In this document: positions 9,651 to 21,071 of the stretch, in pieces
Numbering within the stretch: the first letter of the stretch is position 1
Layout of the letters: each line of letters starts with the position of its first letter
Assembly (NCBI GenBank): GCA_965227835.1
Contig: OZ245768.1
Span: forward strand, 330,001-362,000
From: Candidatus Saccharimonadota bacterium
GTDB lineage: Bacteria; Patescibacteriota; Gracilibacteria; BD1-5; UBA6164
Reading direction: 5' to 3'
Length of the DNA: 32,000 bases
Notes under the pieces: generated by a model
Seen by the model: only the letters and a program-made list of their open reading frames with translations
What the model was told of the DNA's origin: nothing
Databases searched by the model: none
Program-made: the position numbers and the translations under genes

Positions 9651-9678
9651 ATTATATTTATTTTTATTTCAATGTCAA
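9651..9678 (-). promoter_or_regulatory. consensus sigma70-type promoter driving the RNA candidate
   Basis: The minus strand reads TTGACA (9678-9673), a 16-nt spacer, then TATAAT (9656-9651). It lies 20 nt downstream of the lipoprotein ORF stop. Confidence 0.55.
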
Positions 9679-9696
9679 AATTTTTTTTCAAGTTTT

Positions 9697-10095
9697 TTAA
9701 CTATCTTCTATTTTGACTAACTCACTGCATGACATTTCTCCCTTAAACTCTTGGGAAAGTTCAAAGAATTTTCTTAAAAATTCTATAATCCTTTCAATTC
9801 CTCTATCATTTTTGAGTGAAATATCTTTTTCTATTCTTATTGTCTGATTTGTATCTGCTGTGACTGTATCTTCATTTACTATCAAAGGTAAAGTTTCAAC
9901 TTCTTTGGTTTTTTTGTTATATCCTTCTATGTTGCTTCTAGATACATCTTCTATATGTTCTGAAAAACCACATAATTCTTGATAGTTGTATATTACCCCA
10001 ACTTCTCCTTGATATATTACAGGGTTACTTCCACAAGCAGAAAGTAAAGTCAAAGCTGAAACAACCAAAAAAGAGCTTCTAAAAAATTTAAACAT
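9697..10095 (-). CDS. small putative lipoprotein (TGA-free, SD-led ORF)
   Basis: 132 codons. The signal peptide plus lipobox is MFKFFRSSFLVVSALTLLSAC-G. AAGGAG lies 8 nt upstream of the ATG. All 7 Gly codons are GGN and none is TGA. Confidence 0.6.
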   Translation of the reverse strand: MFKFFRSSFLVVSALTLLSACGSNPVIYQGEVGVIYNYQELCGFSEHIEDVSRSNIEGYNKKTKEVETLPLIVNEDTVTADTNQTIRIEKDISLKNDRGIERIIEFLRKFFELSQEFKGEMSCSELVKIEDS

Positions 10096-10126
10096 AATAA
10101 ATCTCCTTTTTTCAAAAAATTTTAAG

Positions 10127-10155
10127 AAACCTAGGATATGAAATATCCTAGGTTT
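10127..10155. terminator. hairpin terminator between pheS and the lipoprotein ORF
   Basis: 13-bp stem aaacctaggatat / atatcctaggttt with U-rich flanks. Confidence 0.5.
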
Positions 10156-10269
10156 TAGATTATAATAAAATTGAGTAAAGTCAAACTTTTTTGATTTTTT
10201 TTGATTTAACTTTTGTTTATATCTATTAAAAGATTATTCTTTCATAGATTTTAATTTTTCAGTCTTTCA

Positions 10270-11321
<1,052 letters not shown>

Positions 11322-11337
<16 letters not shown>

Positions 11338-11525
11338 TTTCATTTTTTTACAGACATAATATATTTATTTGTTTTTTCTAAGTCACAATTCTTTAAAAAC
11401 TCTTCTTCTTTTCTAATATTATGAATTATAGAAACACAATAATCTATATTTTCGTCAAAAGATAGAGAATCATAATTTATTGTTTCAGGTATTGCCAAAT
11501 AAAAAAGAATTCCTAGAGAAATCAT
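11322..11525 (-). CDS. small hypothetical protein (67 aa under table 25)
   Basis: The ORF MISLGILFYLAIPE...SVKK has a standard-code stop of TGA (11342-11340). Under table 25 it reads on as GKWKEN to TAG 11324-11322, overlapping the pheS start. There is no homology and no SD. Confidence 0.3.
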
Positions 11526-11809
11526 ATTTTTTAAAAATTTTATTTAATTTTTTAATAGGAATTTAATCCTTAGTAAAAGCATACTAATGTATTTTTTTTA
11601 TTTTGCAAAATATAAATAAAAAATATAATCTATCCGTTTTATATTGATTTAAGTAGAAAATAAAAAGGTTTTTAGTTTTTTATAAATAAAATTTTTCGTT
11701 TAGCTATTCTGAACCAAAAATTTTTGACTAAGAATTGGTAAAAAAGAATTGTTTATATTTTCTTTCTTAAATCTATTTTTATAGTTTTTACTTTTTAAAC
11801 CAAAAATTT

Positions 11810-13774
11810 ATGATAAATACAAAAAAAGCATTTTCTTTTATAGAGTTGCTTATAGTTCTTAGTATAATAGTAATACTTGCTGTTATTTGAATGAATATGT
11901 TTGATGATAATAAAAGAAAAGCAAGTAATGCAAAAATAGAAACTGGAGTAGAAACTATAAAAAATAGTCTTTTTGTTTATATGGAAGAAAATAAAAAGCT
12001 TCCAAACCCGGGTTGAAACAACAATTATTTTGAGGTTGATTCATCGTATTCTTACTCTTGAAGTTCGCAATCTTTTTGAGTTTATGGTTCTTTTACACAA
12101 GATAGCCTAAGCAAAAAATATTTAGATACACTTCCTCTTGATCCTATTTCAAATCATTATTTTTCATATGGTAAAACTCTTGATAATACTTATTTTGAGA
12201 TAGCTTCTGTTTTGAGACTTGAAGAAGAATCTCAAACTAAGCTTGATTGAAACTATCCTTGAGAATACGGACCAATAAGTCTTATAAGAGAATATAACTG
12301 ACCTTTTTTTGTATCTGATTGAAGCAAAGAGCATTTACCTTATAATCCAGATGAACATATAATAACAGCAAAAATAGGAGATATACAGTGAATAGTTTCT
12401 ATTAATGGTATTGAAGTTTCATGAACTAAGCATTTAAAAACATGAGATCAGATAATATCATCAAGCTCTTGAAGTGCCAATATATATTTTTCAGATTGAA
12501 GTGTTTCTTATTTGGAAGAAAATTCTAACTTAGTTTTATCAGAAATGTCTTACAAAAACAGTGAAGATAATCTACTTACAAAAATTTCTTTATATCTAGG
12601 TAAATGATCCCTTTTCACAAAAGCTACATCCCTTAATTCTTGATCTGATTTTGAAATATATACTGCTGATACTACTGCTGCTGTAAGATGAACTATTTTT
12701 AACGTTAGTGTTAATGATAATAATGAAGGTACTTTGATTGAAGTTTTAGAATGAAGTGTAGAAGTATATGAGGCTCCAGAAATAGAGTTAGAAGATGATG
12801 TAGAGAATAATTCTAAGCCAAAAAAATTAGAAATAAAAAATTCTAGAGGGAATATAAAAGCTTGAAAAAAAGTAACACTTGAAAAAGAAAGTAATGATAA
12901 TTCGGGAGAAATTAATGTAGATGATATTGATGAAAGTAAAGAAGAAGAATTTAAAGAAAAATTAAATAAGGATAAGGAGAAAAACTCTAGGAATTTGGCA
13001 ATAGGTAAGAGTGAAGATGAGATAAATGAAGGTAATTGTAAATTGAATTTTGAAGGATTAGGATGTGTGGATGATGAAAACTCACTTATTGATTCTTGAT
13101 GGGAATTGTATTGATATGCTCCTTATAATGAAGCTTGAGATTTAAGTATGTACAGTGAGGATTGAAAATTTAAGATTGATAATCAATTAACTACAAATTC
13201 ATTATATTTATCAAATAAATGTAATAATCTTTCTAGTGAAACAACAAATGTCTTCTGTGATGTAAAAGATTCTAACATAAAATGAGTTTATATAGGTTGA
13301 AATGATAGTTTTATAAAATATGAAAATTTAAACCTTAATTGAGACTTTTTGATAGAAATGAATGTTAGATGAGATTCTTTGAAAGGATTAGAGGTTAAAT
13401 ATTTTCTTGATAGTAATGTTTTTAAGTTTTTTAGGAAAACAATTTCTTCAGAAAGTCATTTATTATTTAATAGTTCAGGGAAAATCTTAAAATCAATTTC
13501 AAATACTACTGATATTACCAATGATCAATTTTATAAATTAAAAATAACTCGTGAAAATACTGAATCTGAATTAACTTTAGAATATGAAGGATGAAATGTT
13601 TTATTAGTATGATATACTGATGATGATAATAATAAAAATAAAATCGGAACGGGAAGTATTTCAGATTTATATATTTGAAATAGAAAGGTTTGATCTAGTA
13701 ATAAAAATTGAAAATATCCAATCAATAGTATAATTGATTATGTAAAAATATATAAAAAATTGGATAGTGAGTAG
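11810..13774 (+). CDS. large type IV pilin-like (prepilin N-terminal methylation motif) protein with FecR-like and LamG/ConA-like modules
   Basis: 655 codons. The N-terminus MINTKKA-FSFIELLIVLSIIVILAVIG is a class III signal with the conserved Glu5. The middle region GDQIISSSSGSANIYFSDGSVSYLEENSNLVL...AAVRGTIFNVSV...IEVLEGSVEVY is FecR-like. The C-terminus GDFLIEMNVRG...FYKLKITRE...LYIGNR...IDYVKIY is LamG-like. Domain calls rest on motif pattern. Confidence 0.8.
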
Positions 13775-13785
13775 ATCTTAATCTA

Positions 13786-13925
13786 ACCTATAACCTCACC
13801 TTAGCATAAACCCTCATCCTAACCCGTAAAGCCCTCACCCTAATCCTTTCCAGCGCAACCTCACCCTAACCCTCTCCTTTGGAGGAGAGGGGAGAGAACA
13901 GTAGGTAGGTAGGACATGAGGGATA
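13786..13925. repeat. G+C-rich intergenic element: four degenerate CCTCAYCYTAAYCC repeats ending in an 8-bp GC hairpin
   Basis: Repeat cores start at 13794, 13812, 13833 and 13859. The hairpin is ccctctcc (13870-13877) / ggagaggg (13884-13891). The composition contrasts sharply with the AT-rich surroundings. Confidence 0.55.
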
Positions 13926-14021
13926 TAGAAAAGATATATAGGCATATATAATGGTGATTATTTTATTATAAACTAATTTACAAATTACTATACTATATAT
14001 TTATAAATAACATACAAAACT

Positions 14022-14051
14022 AAAAGCTCCTAGGTACACCTAGGAGCTTTT
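14022..14051. terminator. bidirectional intrinsic terminator between the convergent pilin-like and adhesin-like genes
   Basis: 14-bp palindrome aaaagctcctaggt / acctaggagctttt. Confidence 0.7.
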
Positions 14052-14052
14052 A

Positions 14053-14102
14053 TCAAAAAGAGAAATTTCTTACAAGAGAAAAGAGTTAAAGCTCTATGTG
14101 AC
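14053..14102 (-). repeat. copy 2 of the ~50-nt conserved intergenic motif, in the 3' UTR of the adhesin-like gene
   Basis: 41/50 identity with 1672-1722. It has the same position relative to a minus-strand stop codon and a bidirectional terminator. Confidence 0.5.
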
Positions 14103-14156
14103 TTCAAAAAATATATTTTTCAGTCTCTACTAAACTTGTGGAATTCTTTTTATATT

Positions 14157-17100
14157 CTAATCATCATTATCATAAATTTGAATAATTTGTACCCCGTTTG
14201 ATGATGCAGAATCTGTTATTTCAGCTGTTATATACCGTCAACTTGTCCATCCTATATCAGGTGTAAAAGTTATATCTTTTAGAGTATTTCATGTTCCTGT
14301 AGATTGACTAAATATTCATAAAAGAGGGTTATTATCAGTATGATAAACATTTGAATATTTAAGTTCCCAAGTTACTTTTGATAAATCATCATCAGCTATA
14401 TCCAATCATATATTTGTCAGCTCACTACCTATTTCAAGATGACCATCTACAGTAATTCATGAAATTACTGGATCTGTATTTGTAGTAATTTCTCTTTCTA
14501 GGGTTGTTTTCTCCATTTCTCCATTTTCTCAATTCATTGAATCTACCAATATATATAACACATAAGTTACACCTGAGCTTAATCAAGTTTTAGTAATACT
14601 AGCACAGGTAGCAGAAGAAAAAGGTATATAATCTAAATCAGTAGGACTTACTCATTTTTCAAGTATAGCATAACTACAGCTTTGTAGAGATGGATTATCA
14701 CTATCTAGAGAAGCAGTAGCAGTAAAAGTGATACTATTATTATCAGAACTTACATTAGTTAGAGTAATAGTAGGGACATCATTTTCCAATATTTCAAAAC
14801 TATGTTCTAGAGTTTTAGAGTTTTCTGGGTTTTCTCATCAAATAGTTCAAGTTAAAGTAGCTTCGAATTTATAATTTCCTTTAGTTAAATTAAATTGTTT
14901 TAAATCAAAATCTGAAGAAACAGAGCTTTGTATATTTCAAGAATGATTTCAATTATAGATTGCATTTCAGTTATTATCATAAACTACCCAGCTATAAGTC
15001 CAAGTTCAGTCGTTATCTATTCAAGTAATAGAAAGTATTTGAGAATCCTCACTAACTCAAAATTGATTTTCACCAGAAATACTTCAAGAAATAGGAGAAT
15101 CATCATCTAAATCAGTAACAGTACATGTTATTTTTATTTGTTCATTAGCTTTCTTACCCAAAGAATCAACAACTTCAAAATAAGCTTCAAAACTTGTTGT
15201 TTGATCTAAACTAGGGAAACTACAAACTAATTCTCAAGTTACAGAATCAAAAGTCATATTATCTGGTAAATTTCAAACAGGGGTAAAGCTAATAGAATGA
15301 TTTTCAGGATCTGACACATAATCATTTAAATTTATAGATTGATCATTTGATCATTCATCTCAAGTTAAAGTTATATCTGAGTTACTAATTTCGGGAGCAT
15401 TGTTGATTTGAGTACTTATTTCTTGATTTATTATAGTATATTCTGTATTTCAAGTTATACCATTTTTTGATTTTACTCTTGTGTAAATCACATAGTTAGT
15501 ACCTGAATTTAATCAAGTTTTAGTAATACTATCACAAGTAGCAGAAGAGAATGCAGTATAATCTGAATCACTAGGATTTATTCAACTCTCTACTACTGCA
15601 TATTCACAAGTTTGCAATGAAGAGTTATCATTATCACTATCTATAGAAGCATTAGCAGTAAAAGAGATACTATTAATATCAGAACTTACATTAGTTAGAG
15701 TAATAGTAGGGACATCATTTTCTAATATTTCAAAACTATGTTCTAAAGTTTTAGAGTTTTCTGGGTTTTCTCATCAAATAGTTCAAGTTAAAACAGCTTC
15801 GAATTTATAATTTCCTTTAGTTAAATTAAATTGTTTTAAATCAAAATCTGAAGAAACAGAGCTTTGTATACTTCAAGAATGATTTCAACTATAGACTGCA
15901 TTTCAACTATTATCATAGATTTTCCAGCTATAAGTCCAAGTTCAGTCGTTATCTATTCAAGTAATAGAAAGTATTTGAGAATCCTCACTAACTCAAAATT
16001 GATTTTCACCAGAAATACTTCAAGAAATAGGAGAATCATCATCTAAATCAGTAACAGTACATGTTATTTTTATTTGTTCATTAGCTTTCTTACCCAAAGA
16101 ATCAACAACTTCAAAATAAGCTTCAAAACTTGTTGTTTGATCTAAATTAGGGAAACTACAAACTAATTCTCAAGTTACAGAATCAAAAGTCATATTACTA
16201 GGTAGACTTCAAACTAAATTAAAGCTAATAGAATGATTTTCAGGATCTGACACATAGTCATTTAAATTTATTGATTGGTTCTCTGATCATTCATCTCAAG
16301 TTAAAGTTATTTCTGAATTACTTACTTCGGGAGCATTGTTTGTATTTGTAGTAATTTCTCTTTCTAGGGTTGTTTTTTCCATTTCTCCACTTTCTCAATT
16401 TACTGAATCTACCGATATATATAACACATAAGTTACACCTGAACTTAATCAAGTTTTAGTAATACTATCACAGGTAGCAGAAGAAAAAGGTATATAATCT
16501 AAATCAGTAGGACTTACTCATTTTTCAAGTATAGCATAACTACAGCTTTGCATTGAGGGATTATCACTATCTAGAGAAGCAGTGGCAGTAAAAGAGATAC
16601 TATTATTATCAGAACTTACATTAGTTAATGTAATAGTAGGGACATCATTTTCTAATATTTCAAAACTATGTTCTAAAGTTTTAGAGTTTTCTGGGTTTTC
16701 TCATCAAATAGTTCAAGTTAAAACAGCTTCGAATTTATAATTTCCTTTAGTTAAATTAAATTGTTTTAAATCAAAATCTGAAGAAACAGAGCTTTGTATA
16801 CTTCAAGAATGATTTCAACTATAGACTGCATTTCAATTATTATCATAAATTACCCAGCTATAATTCCAAGTTCAGTCGTTATCTATTCAAGTAATAGAAA
16901 GTATTTGAGAATCCTCACTAACTCAAAATTGATTTTCACCAGAAATACTTCAAGAAATAGGAGAATCATCATCTAAATCAGTAACAGTGCATGTTATTTT
17001 TATTTGTTCATTAGCTTCTTTTCACTCAGAATCTGCTACTTTGAAATAAATTTCATAGCTAGTTGTTTTATCTAAACTAGGATAAATACATGTTACTATT

Positions 17101-17435
17101 CATGTTTTTTCATCAAAAGTCATATTATCTGGTAAATTTCAAACAGGGGTAAAGCTAATAGAATGATTTTCAGGATCTGACACGTAATCATTTAAATTTA
17201 TAGATTGATCATTTGATCACTCTTCTCAAGTTAAAGTTATCTCGGGAGTACTAATTTTAGGAGCATTATTTGATACATTATTTGAAGAATTTTCAGAGCC
17301 TCCTCCTCATCAAGATTCGCAAGAAGCTAGTATTAAAGATAATACTGATACTACAATACTTCCTCTAAAGCTAGGAATTTTTTTACTTTTTAACTTTTTA
17401 TCACCATTGATATATCCTATATTTTCTCTTATCAT
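14157..17435 (-). CDS. large surface lipoprotein, adhesin-like, with three tandem ~311-aa repeats (Ig/cadherin-like + PKD-like + FN3-like modules)
   Basis: 1093 codons. Both ends were translated and the length is divisible by 3. The N-terminus is ...SIVVSVLSLILASC-ESGGGGGS (lipobox). Repeats contain INLNDYVSDPENHSISF...LP.NMTFD..TG (putative-Ig type), DDDSPISGSISG...GIDNDGTW.YSW, and an FN3-like segment. The C-terminus ends ...VQIIQIYDNDD. Confidence 0.85.
14476..17270 (-). repeat. three tandem in-frame DNA repeats of 930-936 bp inside the adhesin-like gene
   Basis: Antisense shadow ORFs recur at 14928, 15864 and 16794, giving periods of 936 and 930 nt. Stretches longer than 100 nt are identical in all three copies, and other segments occur as two alternative variants. 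Confidence 0.9.
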
Positions 17436-17524
17436 TTTTATATGTTTTTTATTAAAATTAAATTGTTAGCTATTTATAATAAATAATACTTTGATGTCAA
17501 ATTTACTTTTTACTTTTTCTAAAT

Positions 17525-18490
<966 letters not shown>

Positions 18491-18526
18491 ATTTATTTTT
18501 TAAAATTTAAAATTTGCATTATATTT

Positions 18527-18546
18527 CAAAAGGCTAAAGCCCTTTG
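18527..18546 (-). repeat. partial third copy (hairpin core only) of the intergenic motif, in the trpS leader
   Basis: caaaaggctaaagccctttg matches the core caaagggctaaagctctctg at 17 of 20 positions. Confidence 0.35.
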
Positions 18547-18948
18547 TTGAAGGGAAGTTTTAAGTGTTTAATAGTAAATTCTTTATTTTATCAAGTATTA
18601 AAGAATTTTTCAGTCTTTTCTTAATTATATTGATGTTCACTTATTTCAAATATTATTAGTGTCGTTCATTTTATGTATCAGTATCATCTATATTTTTTAA
18701 TAAATGTTAATTTTCTATGTTTTCATTAAATATTATAGCCAAGAGAATATGTAAATTAATATAAATTCCATATATTTCCACTTTTAAATAATATTATTTT
18801 AGTTAAATCTTATTATAGAGATGTATATTCTTTATCAAAGTACTCAAGTATTTTTTTTACATCAATAAATAGAAAATCTAAATCCTCAAATTCTAAATAC
18901 CCTCTAGATGATACTAATATTTATCCTTATTAATTCTTCAATCTCCCA

Positions 18949-19629
18949 TTAAATCATTACTTTAGCTTCTTCTAAAAAATAATTAGTTTTGCAGTTTGGA
19001 CATGATAAATAGTATCTATAATAATAACTCTTATTTTTAGTATTTATCTTTTTTGGGTAAAGCTTTATAACTTCACTAGAACATTTTCTGCATTTATCTC
19101 ATGGTTTTTTAATTTTTGTTTTACTTGTTTTTTCTTGAAATTTTTCTTCAATTTTAACTTTTTTATCCCTTTTTAAAATTCATGTATTTTTCATTATTTG
19201 ATTTGTAACCAACTCATCACATCTTTCATTTTGTTTATGTCAATTGTGTCATTTTATCCAATTAAAACTAACTTCATGTTTTTCTATCAAATATAATAAC
19301 TTTTCCCGTAAGTCATGGTTTAGAGCTTTTTTTGATCTATTTATCATCCAACCTTGAGATTCCCATTTTTTAGCCCGTCAGTTTTTAATCCCCAAGACTA
19401 CATAGCTTGAATCTGTAAATATTTCTACCCTAGATTTTATTTTAAGTTTTTCAAGTCATTTAATTATTCAAGTTAGCTCCATTCTATTGTTTGTGGTATT
19501 TTCTTCATATCAAGAAAACTCTTTTTTTATTTCTCCGTATTCTAAGATTATACCATATCATCCTTTTCAAGGATTTGGTCTTGCTCAACCATCTGAGTAT
19601 AATTTTACTTCTGGTAGTTTATTACTCAT
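18949..19629 (-). CDS. rnhA: ribonuclease HI with a C-terminal Lys-rich linker and 4-Cys zinc ribbon
   Basis: 227 codons. RNase H motifs are LYSDGGARPNPGKGGYG...TNNRMELTGIIKGLE...IFTDSSYV...WIKGHNGHKQNERCDELV. These are followed by ...CRKCSS-x26-CPNC.... Confidence 0.9.
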
Positions 19630-19653
19630 TTTTATTTTTAAATAAAAATATAT

Positions 19654-20979
19654 TTAAATGTTCATAGTTTTTTCCATTTCAACAAATTTTTGATTATCTT
19701 TTCTAAACATAAGTTCTACATTTCATATTGGTCCATTTCTATTTTTCCTAATTAATATATCTGTTATTCATTTTCTCTCGGTAAATTCATCATAATATTC
19801 TTCTCTGTAAAGCATCATAACTATATCAGCATCTTGTTCTATAGCACCAGATTCTCTTAGATCTGACATTACAGGTCTCTTGTCTGGTCTTGTTTCTAGC
19901 TGTCTTGATAGTTGAGATAGTGCTATAACTGGTACATTTAGTTCACGAGCTAATGCTTTTATTCCTCTTGATATCTCTGATATTTCTTGGACTCTATTAA
20001 GTGAGCTTCAAGCACTCATAAGTTGTAAATAATCAATTATAACTAGATCAAGCCCAGACTCTATTTTTAATCTTCTACATTTTGATTTTAGCTCAATTAA
20101 ATTTCATCAAGCAGTGTCATCCATATATATATTTGCTTCACTAAGTTTTTCCATAGCTTCTCAAATTTTCATAAATTCTTCATCATCTAATTCTCATTTA
20201 GCTAGTTTCCAAGAGTTTATGGACATAGCACTAGCAATCATTCTATCTGTAAGTTGTTCTTTACTCATTTCAAGAGAAAATATAGCCACATTTTTTTTCT
20301 TAAATCATATATTTTGAGCTAGATTTAATGCAAAAGCAGTTTTACCCATAGAAGGTCTAGAAGCTATAACTAGCATATCTCATCATTTCAATCCACTTAA
20401 TTTATTATCCAAACTAGGAAAACCTGTATTTATTCTGTGGTTTTTTATCATTTCAGGGTTTTCATGAATTTCTGCAAATTCTTCATATCTTCCTGTTAGA
20501 ATTTCATTTATATGTACAAGTTTATTTTTTATAAAAATCTGGGTAACAGAGAAAAGTGATTTTTCAGCATTTTCCAAAAGAAGCTCTAGTTTTTCATCTT
20601 CACTATATCAATAAGATATTATTTCATTTCAGGTTTTTATAAGCTTTCTTAAAACAGATTTATTTTTAACTATACTTGCATATTCAAATATATTTGAACT
20701 TGTTGGTACTATTTCTGTTAATTCTGTCAGATATGTTATTCATCATATTTTTTCTAATATTTTTTTGTCAGCTAGTTTGTCTTTTACTGTTATTAAATCT
20801 ATTGGTTTATTTGATTTATATAAACCAAACATCACTTCAAATATAAGTGAGTTACTATCATCATAGAAGTCTTCATGGTTTATTAAGTCACTTATAGATA
20901 CAAATCAGTCTTTATCTATAAGTAGGCTTCATATAACAGATTGTTCAGCTTCTATACTGTGAGGTGGTATTTTTAGCAT
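19654..20979 (-). CDS. dnaB: replicative DNA helicase
   Basis: 442 codons. Motifs are [34 protein letters not shown], the Walker [15 protein letters not shown], and a RecA-like C-terminal domain. Confidence 0.95.
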
Positions 20980-21071
20980 TTTAGTTTTTTTGTAGAGTTA
21001 TAAATTATAAAATCAAAGAGTAAGGGGGTTTATAGTATTTTAATTTGAATAAAACTTTATCTATAATTTTA

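Noticed and set aside
13794-13877. Telomere-like CCCTAA repeats within the GC-rich element.
   Set aside because: Only 1-1.5 consecutive units occur per copy, and they are embedded in a longer degenerate bacterial repeat. There is no tandem array and the context is a bacterial chromosome interior.
14928-16976. Three nearly identical 60-aa plus-strand ORFs (14928, 15864, 16794) that could be mistaken for a small repeated gene family.
   Set aside because: They are antisense shadows of the three in-frame repeats of the minus-strand adhesin-like gene. Their periodicity (936 and 930 nt) simply reports the repeat length.
18491-18948. A possible small gene or pseudogene in the 458-bp rnhA-trpS spacer. 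The minus frame reads ...ISRGYLEFEDLDFLFIDVKKILEYFDKEYTSL*.
   Set aside because: There is no start codon in frame after the preceding TAA, only about 35 codons, and no recognisable homology. I treated it as non-coding apart from the partial motif copy at 18527-18546.
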